A DNA stretch of 32,000 nt from Wolbachia endosymbiont strain TRS of Brugia malayi (lineage in GTDB: Bacteria; Pseudomonadota; Alphaproteobacteria; Rickettsiales; Anaplasmataceae), in the NCBI RefSeq assembly GCF_000008385.1, contig NC_006833.1, forward strand, positions 60,001 through 92,000, given 5' to 3'. The notes beneath the pieces are model-generated. The model saw only the letters and a program-made list of their open reading frames with translations, was not told where the DNA came from and ran no database searches. Shown in pieces: positions 26,863 through 32,000 of the stretch (positions within the stretch are counted from its first letter, which is position 1; every line of letters begins with the position of its first letter). Made by a program: the position numbers and the translations under genes.

Positions 26863-28118
26863 ATTCAGCTAAGCGGTGTGAGAGACGATAGATAGGAGAT
26901 TATGGAAAGGATTTAGCTCCTTTTGTTTCCATGTTAAGTATAATGAAATTACCCATTCAAAAAATGCATTTCTTTGTCCCGATTATGTAAAATATGGATT
27001 TTTGTATAAACGATATAATGCAGTGTTTGCCGTTCAGTATGGTTGTTCGTTAGCAGAATGTTTCCTGGTTCATCCAAAAATTTCCACATCGTCCTTTCAA
27101 CTTCAAAATATTTTTTGCAACTCGAGAGGCTCCAATTGTTTTAGGTAACTGGGATATCTCCTTCAAGTAATACCTTGTGCACTTTCACAATTTTCTGGTA
27201 CGCCTGACAAATCTTAAAATATCTATCTCATTCTTTAGTAAGGCTCTTTTAGTGCAAATAACTCAGCAGCAACGTTTCTTAAATAACAGGCGAGAACTTT
27301 GACTTCTCTGTTACAACTATAGGCTAATCTTTCAAAATCTCTTGATAAATGAGTCCAACAAATCTGTCTCTTTTTATCAGTAAAATAACCGTATGCTGCA
27401 TACCTGTTAGTTATTACTAAGCTATGACAATTGCAGAATTTACTATTTTTTTAAACTTTCATTCCTCTTAACTCTGTCAACTTTACAAAACTTGCCGTAT
27501 TACTTGTAAACATCCAGCACTAACTAAGCTTACCTTTATTGTAATGGCTGGTTTCGTCAATATAAAGAACTTTGCTTGTACTTACTTCTTGTTTAATCTG
27601 CTAATACATTTCTTCACATTTTGAAGCTATTCTATGTTCACTGTTTGATATGCTACCAACACTTATGTTCACATTGAAAATGTCATTATAATATTCGCTA
27701 TTCCATATTTCGAATTTTTATAAAACTTGCTGAATGCTGCAATTATCAACTTAACCCTTGGCCTAAATGTGTCTGGTATAACACCTTCCGGTAAGTTGAT
27801 ATTCCATTACATAAGACTCGATCTTCGGAAGATCAACTTGGTGGATGTATGGTTTATCACATAATGAATTTTTTGAATTTAAACCGAGCTTTTCCTTTAA
27901 CTCAGCATTTTCTATCTTCAAAGTCTTGTTCTCTGCCTTTAGACTTTCATTCTCTCTTTCCAATCTTTCTATTTTTGTTTCTAACTTTGCTATTTTCTGC
28001 TCCAGACTTCTGTAAAGTTCTAAAAGATTTACCATATTACCTCACTTTTGCTCTATCGTTATCTTTTATACTACCTTGTCTATCTTATTTTGCTACTCCG
28101 CTGAATGGATACTTTTAA
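26863..28118 (-). mobile_element. Degraded IS66-family insertion sequence, copy 2, with recognisable terminal inverted repeats
   Basis: The terminal repeats are gtaattcgtatccattcagc(taa)gcgg at 26863 and, in reverse complement, gttaaaagtatccattcagcgg at 28118. Minus-strand ORF 27763..28035 has a leucine-zipper N-terminus ..KEKLGLNSKNS joined directly to ..HQVDLPKIESYVMEYQL.., so the GGQPGH segment is deleted. Further minus-strand fragments include ..VLYIDETSHYNKGKL.., ..LVITNRYAAYGYFTDKKRQICWTHLSRDFERLA.., and many stops. Confidence 0.75.
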
Positions 28119-28249
28119 CTTCACGTCTAAATGGCCGAAATCCCTTTCAAAAGTTACAGAATCTGGTAACTGTCGCTGCTTAGTTCTTTACCCATTCCTA
28201 TAATCTGTAAACAGTTACAGCTTCTTAATTTGTAGCTAAAAGTTATGTC

Positions 28250-29459
28250 AAGATCTTCTACAATTCGATGGATATAACTCTGGAATAGTATGAAGAATCA
28301 AATTATTATCTCCTAGAGAGAACTTGCTATTTGTATTTGTTACTATGTATTCTTTTTCTATATTCATGTCGGAAGAATTATAAATGTTGCACCTATTCCT
28401 TCATGGTAATTGCAATGCTTAAACTGAATATTTTTACTGAAATAATCAAATTCATTAATTAGTTTAACTATTTTTAACTTTTTTACTACTTGTTAATTCG
28501 AACACATTAGCTAAATGATAACCATGAAAAACTGGTTCAGCGGATCCTTCCTTAATAAAAAACGGTGGTCGGTGACTAAATAACTCGCCGAGATTCAAAC
28601 TGTATTTTTTTCGCACAATTTAAACCTATGAATTTATTCTTATCCGAAATGTTTGAATACTGTAGGTCGTATTTTTTATATTCAAAGAACTCATTTCCCA
28701 GCGCATTGTAAAAGGTCAGTTTATAATCATCACTAAATTTAACGGCTTTTAAAAAATGGAAATCCCTGCTAATAACTACCTTCTCTTCTGTAACATGATT
28801 ATGCATAACTAATTGGTCATTGAGCATGTGGTAACCTATTTTTGGTAAAGTAGCCATTGTCTTATCATTCAAAACAATATTTGCTTCATAGACATCAGAA
28901 GATAGTTCTTTTCCTTTTTGCAAAGTAAATTTCTGCTGTGATTTCCAGCCTTGATTAAGCTATCTATTGCTGTAAATGCATCACTTTGTTATATTGACAC
29001 TGTGATAGGACCGTTATCACCATACATTGTGACATAAGCACCATCCTTGTTTGATATGCAGATAGTTTGAGAACAATCGTCCCCTGTCAAGTAAAGCCTG
29101 CCTGTTTCTTCTTTGATCTTTTTGCAACACTAGATTATTTTCATCATAAAAATTAATGAATTTTAGTACTCCAGTTAATGGGTTTCCAGAATTGTAAAAT
29201 AATAACCCAACACCAAAATCTTGACCTTCTATGTTTTTCAATACAGGGCTGAACTTCCTTTATGTAAAACTATTTTATCGTTTTCCCACCTTAATTTTAC
29301 ACCATTAGTATTGTTTCCTATTTCCAATATGACATTATTGTTTGAATGGATATTATGCTTGTTGCCATCATGCTTTAACCTGTAGTATGCAGTAGGAAGT
29401 TTAATCAGCTTTTTATAGAGTGGATCTTTGTTATCTATTCTAAATGTGTATTGTTTCAT
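28250..29459 (-). pseudogene. Degraded gene of unknown function (about 400 codons when reconstructed across frameshifts)
   Basis: Three consecutive minus-strand ORFs (29238..29459, 29017..29241, 28576..28923) join across 1-nt frame changes. Examples are ..IVLHKG / FSPVLKNIEGQDF.. and ..NNLVLQK / IKEETGRLYLTGDDCSQTICISNKDGAYVTMYGDNGPITVSI... Coding-like fragments continue to about 28250 (..GELFSHRPPFFIKEGSAEPVFHGYHLANVFEL..). No family recognised. Confidence 0.45.
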
Positions 29460-30083
29460 ACTATTTTACCAAAATTTACTTTAACAGTTTTTCACCTTAA
29501 ATAGCCAGCAGTCTCCCGGATAATGGCACTGAGACTACTTAGAGGAGTAACATCATCCATAAAATTTTTGGTTACTTGTTGCTATTTTTTTAGCGTTAAC
29601 AAAACCTCTTTACTGTTCGTTGCTTTCTAAGTCCTTTCCATGCAATCTTTTAAAATAGCCAAAAATCTATCAGTTTGTTTGTAATGAGGTCATGGTTTTT
29701 TTGCAACTGAGCATGAGAGTTTCAACAGTTTGTTACGGGTCTTCATCATTAGATAATGACTTACTCACAATAGTTGACTGTAGTTCTATTGGATCAAAGT
29801 TTAAACTTTTTTTGAAATGCTGCATTTTGGAGCTGTTTCTGCCAATACTTTTGCATCTATCATTTTGCCACTTGATTGAGCTCCTGTATTTTATTTTCTA
29901 TTTTATATTCATCTTGTTTTACAGAAGGATAAGAGAAATTTATTACTTGAGATATAAGTGAGATTGGTCTACTTGCCACACTTGCTACTAGGCTGTTAAA
30001 ATTTTCAGCTTTTCTCCTTCTTCTACATGCAATACAAACTTGATCTGTAGGTTTTGTCTTACAAAATATATCTTTTTCTTTAT

Positions 30084-31456
30084 TTAAAGTTCCTTTGTTT
30101 CTTGTTTAAGGGTTTTAGTACTTTGTTTTGATAGAAATGCTTCTCTAGCAAAATCTTCGGCATTTTCGCTTGCGGTTTCAGCTTTTTTTGTAAAATTCAC
30201 TACTTTATCGTGTAGTTCTGTATTCTTATCTTTAGCATTTTGAGCGAAGCTTTTAGAAACATTTCTAGCTGTCTCTGTTGCTTCTTTAGCATCCTGAATT
30301 TTAATTTTCGTTTGATTCATCTCACTCAAAAACTGATCAGCCACTTCAGCACCTAATTCCATCTTCTTCCTTTGGACTTTGATAGACATAACCTGGTTCA
30401 CCTTTAGGACCAGCTGGACCTGGATAACCTGTGAACCAGAAAGTCCACTTGGTCTACATCTAGCCGTAAAGTATCAACCATATTTCCCAAAGGGTTTAAC
30501 TCACTTTCTAGTCTTTCAACCCTTTCTTCAAACCTATAAGTTCTCTCAGTTTCACATCAACCTCTAAAAAGTTACCGAAATTTTCTAAGTTATAATAATA
30601 AGGATATAAACTTGAGTTATTACCAGAGTTATATTTTACAAAATTGAGTTTTAAATCATAAAAGTTTTTACATTCACCATTTTCACTTGATATGCAGCCA
30701 ACGTAGTTATTACCTGGCTTTTCCATTGCAAAATTACTATCTTTTTCTTCCAAGCTCTCTATTTTATGAGAAGGGAATAGTTTGAAGTTACCATCTCTCC
30801 TGTCGAATGTTGGGACAGCATTGTTCAGTATATCAATCTTATGCCAATATAATCATGTATTTCAACGTTCTTATAAGCTTTGTATACAAATTGCGATTCT
30901 TTAAAAAAGTTCTCTCCAATTCGTACCTCAAGTCTATTATTAGGCAAAAATTTAAGATTTTTAAAAATAGAGCTTATATTTTCACTACTCGTTATATTGT
31001 TTGAATCTATTAAAATCTTACTGTTTTCCAGTAATTCGTAGGAACATTACACCTTTCATGATCGAATATATAAACATATTAACTATTTATCTATTTTCAG
31101 ATATACGACCAATAGTAGCTATATTATTAAGAGATTATACCATTACAACTTTCATTATAGTAATAATAGTAAGGTTCATCTGAGCTAGTAACTAAAGCTA
31201 ACTTATTATTATTTTTTATTGTTTTTAGCTTTAGTTGTAGCCCTTGAGAAAATGATTCAGTACCTTATGTACCCCGCGACTATAGTCAATCATAATAAAA
31301 CGCTGATCTGTAAGCTCACCGATAGTAACATAAGATACAGTAGGAAAACTAAGTGTCGTTTTACTATTTACTCTTACTTTAGTAGTTATCACATAACAAT
31401 TTGCGTTACTGCAGACATTACCTTGGAGCATCTTCTTTTTCTAATTCAAAACGCAC
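30084..31456 (-). pseudogene. Degraded gene encoding a beta-rich N-terminal region, a coiled coil, a short collagen-like G-X-Y run and a C-terminal coiled coil
   Basis: GGAGG (31462-31466) lies 5 nt ahead of a GTG at 31456 (VKVRFELEKEDAP..). Reading then continues through shifted frames and many stops: ORF 31231..31431, ORF 30508..30753, ..YRFEERVERLESELNPLGNMVDTLRLDV.., ..RPSGLSGSQ / GYPGPAGPKGEPG... The terminal 105-codon ORF 30084..30401 reads ..ELGAEVADQFLSEMNQTKIKIQDAKEATETARN... Confidence 0.45.
30391..30446 (-). repeat. Collagen-like G-X-Y triplet run, split by a 1-nt frameshift
   Basis: The minus strand reads gga ctt tct ggt tca cag (GLSGSQ), then one frame over ggt tat cca ggt cca gct ggt cct aaa ggt gaa cca ggt (GYPGPAGPKGEPG). 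Restoring one G at cag|gtt gives GLS-GSQ-GYP-GPA-GPK-GEP-G. Confidence 0.6.
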
Positions 31457-31574
31457 TTTTACCTCCTTCCACGTTCTATATTTTAGATGTAGTTAATTTA
31501 CAAATACTAATTATTTGTTGATAATGATGTATAGCTATAGTTACGAGATTGTGGATAATACTATAACACTTAAA

Positions 31575-32000
31575 ATGAGTTATATTATTAACGCATATAG
31601 CAGACTTGAAACCCCTATGGTTAGAGGGGAAGGAGTATATCTTTTTGATAGAGACGGTAAGAAATATTTAGATTTTGCTGCGGGTATTTCTACAACCTCT
31701 TTAGGACACTGCCATCCGTACATTGCAGACAAGCTAGAAGAGCAATTGGGTTAATTGTGACACTGCTCTAATATTTTCACTATTCCTAAGCAAGAAAAGC
31801 TTGCTGAGTGTTTAGCAGCACTTACTTTTGCAGACAAAGTTTTTTTTTACTCAAGTGGGCTTGAAGCAACAGAAGCCGCAATTAAATTTATTCGCCATTA
31901 TTTTTATTCAAAGGGACAAGAAAAGCGTAATCTTATCATTACAATCGAAGGAGGGTTTCATGGTCGCAGTATTGCTGCGATTTCTGCTGGGGGAAATAAA
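31575..32000 (+). pseudogene. argD: Class-III aminotransferase ArgD (acetylornithine / succinyl-diaminopimelate aminotransferase) with two in-frame nonsense codons; the 3' end lies outside the window
   Basis: The translation is MSYIINAYSRLETPMVRGEGVYLFDRDGKKYLDFAAGISTTSLGHCHPYIADKLEEQLG-TAA-L-TGA-HCSNIFTIPKQEKLAECLAALTFADKVFFYSSGLEATEAAIKFIRHYF...GGFHGRSIAAISAGG, all in one frame. The stops are at 31752-31754 and 31758-31760. Confidence 0.85.

Noticed and set aside
7399-28118. Composite transposon formed by the two IS66 copies
   Set aside because: Both transposases are heavily pseudogenised. The 18-kb interior is conserved core housekeeping DNA (bamA, rpsA, typA and others) rather than cargo.
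29692-29961. 89-aa plus-strand ORF, together with plus-strand ORFs 30379..30567, 30807..31183 and 31219..31521
   Set aside because: Their products are low-complexity and Leu/Phe/Ile-rich, in an extremely AT-rich region whose coding-like signal is on the minus strand.
28250-31456. Intact prophage or defence-system module
   Set aside because: No intact ORF longer than 115 aa is present and every reconstructed reading frame needs several repairs. No nuclease, ATPase, integrase or capsid motifs were recognised. Only the collagen-like relic hints at a phage-fibre origin.
31758-31760. TGA read as Trp (alternative genetic code or recoding) in argD
   Set aside because: A TAA sits two codons upstream in the same frame, and TGA terminates other well-supported genes in the window. 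Plain pseudogenisation is the simpler explanation.

Overview
This is an AT-rich chromosomal segment whose gene content and order fit a Rickettsiales/Anaplasmataceae endosymbiont, most likely Wolbachia. That assignment is inference only, since no search could be run. Intact housekeeping genes are elbB, ffh and an MrpD-like antiporter subunit, then a long minus-strand block. That block holds a 1111-aa multidomain oxidoreductase, fabZ, skp/ompH, bamA, rseP, zapA, an ihfB-like gene and rpsA, with sdhE on the plus strand. tRNA-Ala(UGC) follows, then plus-strand typA, mrp/apbC and a UbiH-family hydroxylase. Decay is heavy between these genes. There is a multiply disrupted PBP2/FtsI-type transpeptidase pseudogene (1-1318), an unidentified pseudogene (2.6-3.6 kb) and two degraded IS66-family elements in the same orientation (7.4-8.55 kb and 26.86-28.12 kb). 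There is also a frameshifted Rpn/PD-(D/E)XK nuclease gene, argD with two in-frame nonsense codons, and a fully eroded minus-strand accessory region (28.25-31.46 kb) that includes a collagen-like G-X-Y relic. The strongest signal is a GC-richer palindromic repeat family, resembling the protein-coding palindromic elements described in Rickettsia and Wolbachia. It is inserted in frame at three or more sites in the 1111-aa ORF and makes up essentially the whole linker between two of its enzymatic modules. I found no CRISPR array, no rRNA and no intact candidate novel multi-gene system. The accessory-looking DNA here is all pseudogenised.
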